Below are positions 12,324-24,300 of a stretch of 64,000 nucleotides of DNA, piece by piece. Under the pieces are notes generated by a model, which saw only the letters and a list, made by a program, of their open reading frames with translations, was not told where the DNA came from and did no database searches. How positions within the stretch are numbered: position 1 is the first letter of the stretch; every line of letters starts with the position of its first letter. The position numbers were made by a program, and so were the translations under genes. This stretch comes from Tubulanus polymorphus (Eukaryota; Animalia; Nemertea): the NCBI RefSeq assembly GCF_964204645.1, contig NC_134034.1, forward strand, positions 9,374,962 through 9,438,961, in the 5' to 3' direction.

Positions 12324-13003
12324 CTAGGCCTACTGGAAATTCTTTGAAAATAGATATAAATACCTTGTGGGAGTTAATGTCTATTTCAACTTAACTTGAG
12401 AGCACATCAGGTGGCCTAAATTAACTTAGTCATTTTTGGTAGTCCAACTGATAAAACTCTTATTAGGACCTGTGTGAAAGGACTGGCAGTTGACGGTAAA
12501 AGTGCAGATCCGCACCTCTCCGCGTAAACGGTTCAATCAATTAGGCCTACATTAAATATCATTGTTCCAGATTCAAAATGTCGTCAGCAATTTGGTACAT
12601 TTCCATTGGTTAATTTTAATATATCTTCACTGGAAAGATTTTAGCCTGGATTCTGTCATTCTGCAGATTGTCAATCACGAGAGGTGCGGATCTGCACTTT
12701 TACCGCAGTTGACCTATTGTTTTCTAATCCATTCTTCGCTGTATTGAAGGATACCATATCCAAAATGTCAGTTGAAAGGGTTTGAAAAGAGACTCATCAC
12801 TTTTCTCTTTCAACCCTTTTCAATGAAGACTTTTTGGATACCCATCAATACAGTTTAAATGGATTAATAATCAATATTTTAGGTAAACTGCCAAGGTCCT
12901 TTCTGGTCCTAATAAGAATTCTATCAGGTAGGCTATGTAGCTTCAAAACCGACCGAGCTAGGCCACATGATGTGTTCTCAAGTCAAGTCGAAGTAGGCCT
13001 AGA
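12324..13003. mobile_element. Nested inverted-repeat elements (MITE in MITE) just upstream of the CMPK2 coding exon
   Basis: Outer IR acttgagagcacatcaggtggccta (~12394) / taggccacatgatgtgttctcaagt (~12959); inner IR ggtaaaagtgcagatccgcacctc (~12495) / gaggtgcggatctgcacttttacc (~12681). Confidence 0.6.
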
Positions 13004-13037
13004 CATTAGTTTCCTTTAGTTTTATTGTCCTTTTCAG

Positions 13038-15863
13038 ATGCATGGATTTCAAACTCAAACAATTCGAATGTTTATGACTCTACAACGAGTACTTTTAAAC
13101 CATGGACGCTGCAACTTAGCAATCATAGCAATCAATAGTCGACTGCAGAAGAATCGCTCTCCTTTAAATTTCCGTTTACGAGGAATAAATATGGCGACGA
13201 CGAATACTGAAATTATTGATTTCGACGATTTCGTATTTTCGCACTCGACCGAGACGACGGGGGTCGTGAAACATTGGAAAATCTGTGAAAAACCTCAAAA
13301 CTCGAAAACGAAGAATCTATTCGGGGCCGACGAAGAAATCATTTTGTTCTTGAGTGCGTTCCGACGTGAGAACACGAACGTTGAAAACGTCATCGCGACG
13401 CGCGACTTGGAGACGAAAATTCAGCGGCAACAAATTTCTTGCGCTCGGTCTTCGCGGTCGTGTGAAAAATCGTTCGCAACGAATCGTAAAAATACGGATG
13501 GAAATTTATTAAATTTTCTCGAAGGAATCGTCGTCGGCGTCGCTGAAACCGACGACAATGTCATCACTGACGACGTCTCGATTTGGATGAAAATAAAGCG
13601 CGATGCCAACTCGCCTGAAGCTGGTTTCGCGGTTGTGGAATCTTACTCGAAGAATTTCCTGAGCGGAAAATATTGCGTTCCCGTCAACGATGCAGCGGAA
13701 GTTCCGACTTATAATCCGATATTCGATTTCAGCTACGCTAACGCCATCTATCACAGTTACAGCGAAGCTTTGGACATCCTCGAAAAGGTAGAATATGAAT
13801 ATTATAATCGCTATCACAAATTTGAATCTGGATTTTAAGAATGTATTGAAAATTGGGGCCAAATGTCAATTCCTTATGGATTTTTGGGATATGCGTGAAT
13901 TCCAATGCAGACGTAACTCATTCAGTGCGGTGTATGAATCTGTAAAACAGCGAAATATTAGTAACTGAATTTAGAATGTCGGGAAATTGGAATTTGAATA
14001 TGAATATTTCCAATAGGCTATAGGCAAATTTTGATTTTAGTGTAAAGACCGACCGGAGGTGGCTGAATTATTGAGAATATGCGAGGAACGCAGTGCGATG
14101 ACATTTGAGGCGAACAAACTACAGTCCGAAATGAAACATCCTTTCATCGTTATCGAGGGCCTCGACGCTTCAGGTATTCTGCAAACAGGGCTGTAGGTAG
14201 CATGTTGGGTGGGTGGTTGCAGAGAAATAGGGAGCAATAAATTGGTAAACATGGGTAAAATAGTCTACATGTACTGTGTGAATAAGCCTTCTATGGTATG
14301 TAAAGGCAGTTGATGTTTTTCAACGTCGGTATTTGAGTTTACAAAGTTCATTATTTGTCTCCAATACTGAAAATAACTCACAGTATCTCATGAGCGAGCA
14401 CAAACAAACATTCAGCCAGACTAACTATCATATCGTAATAGAAACAAAGTATCAATTATCTTAGCCTTCATGTAATCGAAGTGACAGTTCTTCCACTGTT
14501 GGGACCTGAAATTTGGCGTTATAACAAATGAATGTATCTCCATTGAATTCACTGATCGTTGATTTCAGGTAAGAGCACGTTGACAGAGTATTTGGCGAAT
14601 TTACTGAAGGCGAATAAAATGCAAACGCCGGCCGTTTACATGCATCACGTACGCAAACAGTTCGACGCGCTGCCGGAGATCGTACGCAGGGCGTATTACG
14701 CTATCAGTAACTACATCGTCGCTAAAGATATCGTCGACACTTGTAAAACGACACCGGTTATTATGGATCGGTAGGTTTTTAGAAAATTGTTTTTCAGGGA
14801 TGGATTAAAGGAGTTCGGACCTTCTCACTGCTTTATCGTAGAAATGCTTCTTCCTTTGGACCCTCGCCTTCTAATTTTCCTAGATCTAGTTCTGTTTACA
14901 TGGACAAGAAGGAAGGCAAATAGTTATTGCTGGAGTTCAAATGGTGGTTTTATTATATACCATACATCAATATCTGGATTCTTCATGAATCCTTTTATCG
15001 AATTTGACACAAGACATGTTTCTAATTCAGATTCTGGCACAGCACGACGGCGTACGCGATAACAAACGATTGCGCTATAGGGGGCGCCGCGTTCATTCCG
15101 CCCGCCGGACACGCCATCTATCGGTGGCCGAGCGACCTGATTAAACCGCACGCGGTCGTATTGTTGACGGTCACCGAGGAAACGCGCGAGTCGAGAATCA
15201 ACGAGCGACGACTTGAGAAAACGTGGGAGGAAAATAAACTCGGCGCCAGTCGACTGTTCAGACAACGGTAAATAGAATCATCATTGACCTTTCAGTGATC
15301 AATAATAATTACCCATGTGCTGATGATAGTTTAGAATATTCCAAGAATCCATTGTGTTGCATTAAGGGCATACCGTTACAATGCATCTACACCGCAGTGC
15401 AGTGTATTATTAGTTACTTATATTTCACTACTTTTAGAATAAAAAGTGCTGCCATTTATCTTTCATTGGAGATAAAAACTAATTACTGAATACATCGATG
15501 CACCACGATGCAGTGTACTAGCTAAGTCCATCACTGATTTATACACCGCACTGTGGTGTAGATGCACTGTAAGAGTTAATAGTATCGGAAATAGGCTTTC
15601 TATGGACTAGCGATTTAGGGAGTTACTTTTACTCTCTGAATCTGATAACATCGTGATTCTCTGTCACAGTACAGTAGTCAGAAGCAAGTAAATTTGTAAT
15701 AAATATAATCTTTTATCAGTTTTATCAATTTTTCTATTTCAGACTGGTTGCAGCCTATCGTAGGATGGAGAATCCTCATTGTATTGAAATAGACGCAAAT
15801 CAGACGCGGGAGGCTGTGGCCCGAGACACCGTCAATCAATTAAAACGATTAAACATCCTCTGA
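13038..15863 (+). CDS. CMPK2: UMP-CMP kinase 2 (mitochondrial type); exons 13038..13787, 14041..14173, 14569..14770, 15031..15267, 15743..15863
   Basis: HPFIVIEGLDASGKSTLT P-loop, TP...RKQFDALPEIVRRAYY, PVIMDRFWHSTTAYA, YRWPSDLIKP, FRQRLVAAYRRMENP; consistent splice phases; Arg-rich N-terminal extension. Confidence 0.93.
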
Positions 15864-16851
15864 ACAACGTTCATCTGGATCAAAGGATTCACCGAATTGA
15901 ACGGATTAACAGATAGACCATAACCGGTTTTGGCAGAGTCTACTGTACATGTGGACCATGAACAATTGAACCTAATATCTGGATGGAAAACCATCTGATA
16001 GAGGTGGTGATGGGTATCTATAGATCTATTAGAGATTATCCAGCACAAAGACCTGATTTCGGGAAAATTAATATGTAGGTCCTGGTTGGTAATTTCAAAG
16101 AAACATCTATGTGATTTTGGGTCCAACTATGTTACAAACTTATTTCATAATTGTCTCAAATTATTTTAAGATTTTAAATTTTTTTACCTACCTAGTGCGC
16201 CCTGCAAAGGAATTGGCTTTGAAAAATATTTATCCATAGATTTTGATTGAATCTGACAAGAAATCAGCATCCAGTTTGATGGTGGTCGTATTTTTACTAG
16301 GGGATTCCACTTGTTGCAAGTGAGGATCCACCAGGTGTCACTTGTGTGCAGTAGGACATCAACTACTGCAGCACTAGGGGATTGCACTTTGCTGCAGTAG
16401 TTGATGTCCTACTGCACACTAGCACACCTGATGAATCATCACTTGCCACAAGTGGAATCCTCTATTGCCGCAGTAGTTGATGTTCTACTGCATACTAGCA
16501 CACCTGGTGAATTCTCACTTGCCACAAGTGGAATCCTCTAATGCTGCAGTAGTTGGTATCCTACTGTCCACTAGTAATGCCTCGGTCTACTTGATTTTGC
16601 CGCATTGTTGATCCTCACTTGTCAGGTCCTCATTACACCCTTTTAGAAGAAAGATTCTCGCATTTACTTGAAATATACATCTCTAGCACAATATGGCTGC
16701 TGTCTCTTCAAAATTTAGAAAGAAACTCAATAAAAACTTATTTTATATTTAAATTTCTAAATATGTTTGATTTTATTTACAGTATTTGTTGTATAAATAA
16801 GTATTTCACAGGTTAACATCGAGACTAGGTACATAATTACACACTCAAGTT

Positions 16852-18864
16852 TTAACTTTGAGCCGCTGCCTTTTCAATTGTTTTCGTAGCTTCCTTCAAT
16901 TTTCCGACCATATCCTAAAGATCAGAGATAAGAATTAATATTGCGAAATACACTATATTTTTGATTGAAAATGAACTAAAAACACCAGACTAGATTTTTT
17001 ATGAGCAAACTTCTAAAAACTGATCATCCACACTTCACGTGTGTTCAGGACTTTACCAGAGACATTTTCTAAGTGAAAATGAACTAAAAACACCAGAAGT
17101 TAGACTTTCAGAAACTGATCGTTCACACTTCACGCACACAATAGTTTTAGTGGTGGTTTAGGGCTGCAGATCAAAACCTGCGATAAACTAATGTATAATC
17201 ATAGCCTACCTGCAGTTGTTCTAGGGAACATTCAAATTGATAATTTGACTGTTCAGAATTTCCGCATTGTTCCGTTTTCAGGTTGATCAGATACGTCGGT
17301 CGACAAACCTTCTCCATGTAATTATTTTTGATGTAGAAATCAAGACGCCAATCGACGTCGACTATGTGTGCCGGGTTGTTACCAATACTGTAAATACAAC
17401 AATATAAACCAGTATCGGCCTAGTTTCTGTCGTAGTGAGGTTCAAAACTTGAGGGATGTTAGACTTCCATGAACCAGTTGTGAGTATCGGGTCTGATCTA
17501 GTAGTGAGGTGTCCATTTCTAAACTGAGGGTCACAATGAGGGATGTAGTTTGCAGTCAGGAGTACTGAGCCTGACCAAATATCGTTTAGATTCGCAACTG
17601 TTTTGATAATTTCTCCGATGAAACTTACTTGCTCAATTCAGCTCTTACATCATCTTTCATTTTCTGCAACGTGAACAGAATTTCTAGAATCATTCAATAA
17701 TTCATTTTATATGGCTTAACAGACAGTTATAGAAATGAACCGATTACAAATTTTGTTGCAGTTTAGAAAGTGATGGCCCGCCACGATTAGGAGAAACAGG
17801 GTATCATTACTCTTCGCCCAACCTCAGTGTTTATTCACCCACTTATAAACAACTGGCCCTCACCCCGTGTGTGGGTGTCACCTCGCCCCGCGTGTGGGTG
17901 TCACCTCGCCCCGCGTGTGGGTGTCACCTCGCCCCGCGTGTGGGTGCACCTCGCCCCGCGTGTGGGTGGCACCTCGCCCCGTGAGTGGGTGGCACCTCGG
18001 CGCACAGGAACTGTACACTTGAATGACAAAACCTACCACGTAAAGCTCGTTGAATATTTCAATTCGTTGTTGAGTGAATTTACAATCCTCAAGAATCGGG
18101 CTGATGTTCGATTCGTTGGCGTCGTGTTTCACCGATTCGAGAATCAACGTCAGTAACCCGTGTACGACCTGTTTCCTGACAGCAGCATCTATTTCACCCA
18201 AACCAGTATCTCCTACAGATAAGTCAAGAGAAGAATGACAAGAAGGTCAACGGGTCATACGTCTTCGAAAAATCAAAGCTCTCTCTTTCTCCTCTCCCCT
18301 GCCCTCCCTTTCATAAAGAATAGCCCTAAACGTCCTCAAACACTGGCACTGACCTAGTCTAGTACCTAGCCGTTGTTCGTTGTAGGGAACCGTAACAACG
18401 ACTGGTATTCAGACTAGCACTGACCCATTTGTTGTCACTCCGCAATAAACCAGTATCTCCTACAGATAAGTCAAGAGAAGAATGACAAGGTCAACGGGTC
18501 ATACGTCTTCGAAAAATCAAAGCTCTCTCTTTCTCCTCTCCCCTGCCCTCCCTTTCATAAAGAATAGCCCTAAACGTCCTCAAACACTGGCACTGACCTA
18601 GTCTAGTACCTAGCCATTGTTCGTTGTAGGGAACCGTAACAACGACTGGTATTCAGACTAGCACTGACCCATTTGTTGTCACTCCGCAATAAAATTTTGG
18701 ATTTAATTGAGTCCTCGGGTTTTACCTGATATATCTGGCGGCGAACTCGAATTCAAAATAGTCTCGCCTAATTTCACGATCAGTCGACGGAAACATTTGT
18801 CAGGGACGTGAGCGCTGTCGCCGGCTATCGATAAATTCTCTAAAACTTCACTTGAAAACTCCAT
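16852..18864 (-). CDS. COMMD3: COMM domain-containing protein 3; exons 18726..18864, ~18037..18212, 17629..17663, ~17210..17387, 16852..16914
   Basis: MEFSSEV..., LEDCKFTQQRIEIF, IGNNPAHIVDVDWRLDFYIK, RPTYLINL, FECSLEQLQDMVGKLKEATK match recalled COMMD3 motifs (LEDCKFDRERIELF; CSMEQLQDLVGKLKDA). Confidence 0.93.
17860..18000. repeat. ~21-22 bp minisatellite in a COMMD3 intron
   Basis: (cacctcgccccgcgtgtgggtgt)n, about 6 copies. Confidence 0.9.
18200..18690. repeat. Tandem duplication, 247 + 244 bp, including the COMMD3 exon-2 acceptor
   Basis: 18200..18446 and 18447..18690 are near-identical (one 3-nt indel, about one substitution). Confidence 0.95.
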
Positions 18865-19119
18865 CTTTTACTTCCTGCTTCCGAGCGGCACCGTGCGGTC
18901 ACTGCAATAACTAACAGTTGCAGTTTAGGTTCGAATCCCGTATGAAGCAAATAATTTCCATCGATTTAACAACTAATTAACACGTAATTGAATATAGATA
19001 AAGTTAATAATTTTAATAGGCCTACATGGCATTAAAATCAATTTTGCGCGGATAGGAATTATTTTCCACAAATACACAATACATAGCCGACAATTTTCTG
19101 TAACCCAGGGGTAAAATTG

Positions 19120-19715
19120 CAGTGTTGGCCCGTTTAATAAACACAGAAACACTAGTGTTGGCCTGGAAAATAAACGCAGAAACCCTAGGGTTGGCCTGGC
19201 GAATAAACGCAGAAACCCTAGTGTTGGCCTGGAAAATAAACGCAGAAACCCTAGGGTTGGCCTGGCGAATAAACGCAGAAACCCTAGTGTTGGCCTGGTG
19301 AATAAACGCAGAAACCTTAGTGTTGGCCTGGCGAATAAACGCAGAAACCCAAGTGTTGGCATGTTTAATAAACAAAAACCCTAGGGTTGGCCTGGCTAAT
19401 AAACGCAGAAACCCTAGTGTTGGCCTGGAAAATAAACGCAGAAACCCTAGGGTTGGCCTGGCGAATAAACGCAGAAACCCTAGTGTTGGCCTGGAAAATA
19501 AACGCAGAAACCCTAGGGTTGGCCTGGTGAATAAACGCAGAAACCTTAGTGTTGGCCTGGCGAATAAACGCAGAAACCCTAGTGTTGGCCTGGAAAATAA
19601 ACGCAGAAACCCTAGGGTTGGCCTGGCGAATAAACGCAGAAACCGTAGCGTTGGCCTGGAAAATAGAGGCGGTTCTGCGTTTATTTGCCAGGTCAAAACG
19701 AGGGTTTCTGCGTTA
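19120..19715. repeat. 36-bp minisatellite upstream of COMMD3, with inverted partial units at the right end
   Basis: (gttggcctggcgaataaacgcagaaaccctagt/g)n, about 15 copies; tctgcgtttatttgccaggtcaa inverted at ~19675. Confidence 0.92.
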
Positions 19716-21312
19716 ATTAAACGTAGTTATACTAGTGCAGAGCAGGCAAGGTTTTTATTTTGATTTGTTGAAAAATTGAACATGAATTTTTGTAAATATG
19801 TAAATGTATTAGGGTAGACAGACATCATTCAGTCCGGCCAGGGCTGCGTTTTTTCAAAGCGGTATTTTATCACTGGGATAGTGTGTTTTTCAAACTCGTG
19901 TTTACTTTATCATCAGGATAAAATCAGCTATCCCAGTGAAAGTTAACACACCTCCAATGTGGTGATAGCAACAATATCACCAAGATAAATAATCAATATA
20001 TAATTTTTTAGTTGAAATTCTTGTCATCAGAAAATGTATCCATTGTGATTTGTACGATGTCGCTCTGTAGAGAAACATAGGAACAAAATATTTGTCTTTC
20101 TATCATCTAATTTAGTAATAATTGAAGAAAGGGCACCAAGTGAAAACCCCGTGAAAACATGGTTTTTTTAAGCCTGGAATTGACTGGTGCACGCGTGTCG
20201 GGGACACCATTCTAGGCGATTCAACGAAATCGTTGTTTAAATCGCCCTGTATCGCGGTAGAGCTATTTTGAGAGGCAGTTCTTCTATTAAAAAATTGACC
20301 CTTTTTCACTGTGAAAAGGGGCATCTTCCTATTAGAAGGGGACAGATCTTAGATATGAAGTGTTTGGGTACCTGAATAAATAATTTGAGAATGGATTAAT
20401 TTTCATTTTCTAAAAAACATGAAAATTGCAACTTAATTTCGAAAAATATTGACCCAATTTTTTTGACAGTGACTTTGAAAATTTTAGTAAGTTCGCTGTT
20501 TACCACTGATTCAGTTTGGTTGAGCCCAATGTCTGTGAGGATTCTCCGGTATTCGAACCCGTGTGATGCTGAGTGGCACGTTTGTCATCATAGATTTGCT
20601 CCCGTTGTTTAGGAGATTTCAGCTATCTTCTTCTCGTTTAATCGACGCCCTTCGCAAATGTTTACAAAAAATATGACTAGCACAATCGCTGTGAATACAA
20701 AGACGTAAAATATCGTAATTTAGGAGGAAGAGTTTCGTGACTAACATTTCGACACTACGCCAATTATAGTATGATAAAGTAAAAATTGAAATATAAAATT
20801 ACCACTGTAGCCTACTGCATGTAATATCCTGTGATGTGAACCGCGAATATATTTTTCAATTATTTATATTTGCGTTTGGAACCTATTACGGCAAGAAATC
20901 CTATGAGTAAGTTCTTGAAATGAGAAATGAGATCGAAATGTCAGCCTTTTCGCCATCACCGGGATAAGAGTAACCGGAATAAATACTCTTATACCGGTGA
21001 TAGTTTCAATGTGCAAGGAAATACTACGTAATATACTGAACCCTCTAATCCTCTGAACCCTAACCCCTTAAAAAATCCTAAAATGAACCAATTTCGGTGT
21101 ACTTGCCAAAAATAACGCGATTGTGCTATCAGAAATACCGTTATGAAGTTATGAAATGAATGCTAATGAAATCTATCGCCTACAAATTTTTCGAAATCTA
21201 AACGGCATATTTATAGTTTTTTTTCCATCCATTTTAAATGAAATATATATATATATATATATATATATTTGATCACAGATACAGCATAAAATATTGATTA
21301 ATCGTAATCTCT

Positions 21313-24300
21313 TTATGTAGCAGACGGTAAAACAACGACGTGCGATTTAGAACTGGACGAATTATGACTCATTTCACTGCCTTCAGTCGTTGCCCTGAAA
21401 TTGAATAAAATAAGCATAGATCATCAAAGATAAATCTAACTCGACTGGACTTGATTTTTGTTCAAGTGGATTTTTTCGTACCTATTCGGTGGTTCGGGAA
21501 TCACTGTTACATCTTCTGGCATATCTGGATCCGTATCAGACATTACTTGATTTTCTACGAAAAATAAACACAAGAAAAAACTATGATAACAATCAAAACT
21601 TATATATCGACATGCACTGGGACATCCTCCCTCGACCAGTATTCAAATCCAATGACATCATGAGACAGTGTCACAGTACAAACCCCTGCCCTAGTAGACA
21701 CATCCTCCCTCACAGGGATTTGAACCTGATGTCATCATGAGACTCTGTCACAGTACAAACCCCTGTCCTAGTAGACACATCCTCCCTCACAGGGATTTGA
21801 ACCTGATGTCATCATGAGACTCTGTCACAGTACGAACCCCTGTCCTAGTAGACACATCCTCCCTCGCAGGTATTTGAACCTGATGTCATCATGAGACTCT
21901 GTCACAGTACAAACCCCTGCCCTAGTAGACACATCCTCCCTCGCAGGTATTTGAACCTGATGTCATCATGAGACTCTGTCACAGTACAAACCCCTGCCCT
22001 AGTAGACACATCCTCCCTCGCAGGTATTTGAACCTGATATCATCATGAGACTCTGTCACAGTACAAACCCCTGTCCTAGTAGACACATCCTCCCTCACAG
22101 GGATTTGAACCTGATGACATCGTGAGACTCTGTCACAGTACAAACCCCTGTCCTAGTAGACAAATTCCCATTGCAGAGATAAAAAGACCTTGTCTGTCAT
22201 GTTCCTTCTTCACTCTTCCATGATAGAAAATTCTACAGTTGTGAAAGGTACATACCGTCTAATGAAAATAAACCAGTGCCGCGTCCACTGGGAGCTGATA
22301 CTGTGTAGGACATGTAATCTTTATCCTGTTTATTATTCTCATCTCGAGGCACGGCAGTCGGAGTGGCGTGGCGAACTGGGCTCGATCTATTCTTCGGGGG
22401 TATATCGGGCTACAATGAAATCATTTGAACTTTAAACAATGGAATTGTTTTAACGAAGCTGTAACTGAAGTTTCTTCGATTCTTAATGAAAATAGGGCCT
22501 CCATGAATAGGATCACGAGTATTGAAAGTTTACATTTTGACTGACTTACAAGAGGTTGCGATGGCGGTGGAGATTTTAATTTAACCATCGGCATGATTCC
22601 CATCGGCGTATCAGTCTGAAAATAAGATAATGATATGTTTACAAACTGGACAAACCAACTTTATCCAACATCAGATCAGGATTAAATTCAAGTTCACCTG
22701 CAGGATTTGTAGCAAGTCTGGCAGAGTCTGAAAAGTGCTCACTTTTGGAAGATTTAGGATAAACCAAACCCTGACCAGACAGACAAGTATGCTGGAATTT
22801 TTTGCAAATACTTACAGCATAACTGATAGAAGCTTGGTGAAGCTGTGCAGCTTGTCTCTGCAACGTTTGACGTAAGAATGCCTCATCTTTCAGAGCGTGC
22901 AAACTGAAAGAATAATCAATCATTTCAAAAGTCTCTCATCTATCTTGTTCAGAAGAAAACTTTTTCTGCATCTTGTTTTATGATCCAAACCTTTGTTGAA
23001 GAATTGCGAACTTTTTCTCCCAAATTTTGTTGATTTTTTCCAACTCTTTATTCAACCTTTGGAAAAAAAAGATTTTTAAGTAATAATAAAATAAACATCA
23101 ATACGTTAGACAATCATATCCGCACTTTCAAAACTGATCGTCCACACTTTACTGGAATTCACCTGAAACATTTTTAATTGAAAATGAACTACAAACACCA
23201 GATATCTATTTCATGGACTGTGTGAGGTTGTTGGCTTCTGGGCCACAGATCTGCAAAAATCAGAGCCTTCAAGGGCAAAATTTAAAATCTTTTCAAGGGA
23301 AGATCTTTTTTCTTACCGATTTACTTCTGCTTGTAATCTCATTTCATTTTTACGTATTTTGTCCGCGTCTGCCTGTTCGATGGCGTTCTTCATATTCTTT
23401 AGTTTCTCCTTAGCTAACTGTTCCTCCAGTTTATTCTTCTGTTCGAGTATTCGGTCATATTTCGCGCTCTCCGCGTTCATCAACGCTTGCGCCTCCAGTT
23501 TAGCTTGTTCCAACATCTGAACGGGAGAGAAATAGAGGCACATCATCAATCTATCACATTCAAATATTTTCACCAATTACCCAGTTGGGAATTTGGAGAC
23601 CCGATAGCCCTCAGGCCAAGAACTTGGTAGCTTTTTTACTGTAAATATTGCATAGGGTTGATAATGCATCTGAGAACTTTGCGGCATTGGAATAGCTGTC
23701 AATATTTCACTGAGTTGATTAAGAAGTACCAGGGGTAGTCTACAGTACATCTCCCAAGTTTTGGCTGCTAGTGACACGGACTTACCTCTGCTTTCATACT
23801 GTCTAATCTAGCCTGTAGCTCCCCTTCGTGTTTCTGTCGTTCTTGTTCAAGCTGAAATATTTTTATCAAAATTCGCGTGTATATTATTTTGCCCTTACAA
23901 CTTTTTATGGAAGAAAGTGATTGTGTGAATCTGTGAAACACGGCAGAAAATCAAGAAAAGAGTTGTGTTCATTTCGATTCTGTGAAAATAAATCTTTAAT
24001 CTAATTGAAAATATATTCTGCAGTTAATTTTTAAAAAGTGGCTTAAATCATTCGTAAAAGATGACATGACATTTCTGTGTTCAATGTGTACATATGTGTA
24101 TGGCACAGGCTGCGCTGCAACCCCTCCCCTAAAGATAGGGGCACACGAGCGTATTTTTTCGCCCGATCGCGGCAAATTTATAAATCGCCCGAAAAATTCC
24201 CTCGTGTGGCCACTTACGGCGACGAAGATTTCGTCGGCCGACTCGATCGCCCGGCGAATCGCCCGTATCAAACATGTTTGATATTTTCGGCCGATTATTT

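Noticed and set aside
18973-19763. Long repetitive ORFs (RPTLGFLRLF…, NKRRNP…)
   Set aside because: By-product of a 36-bp minisatellite that is open on both strands; no supporting gene structure.
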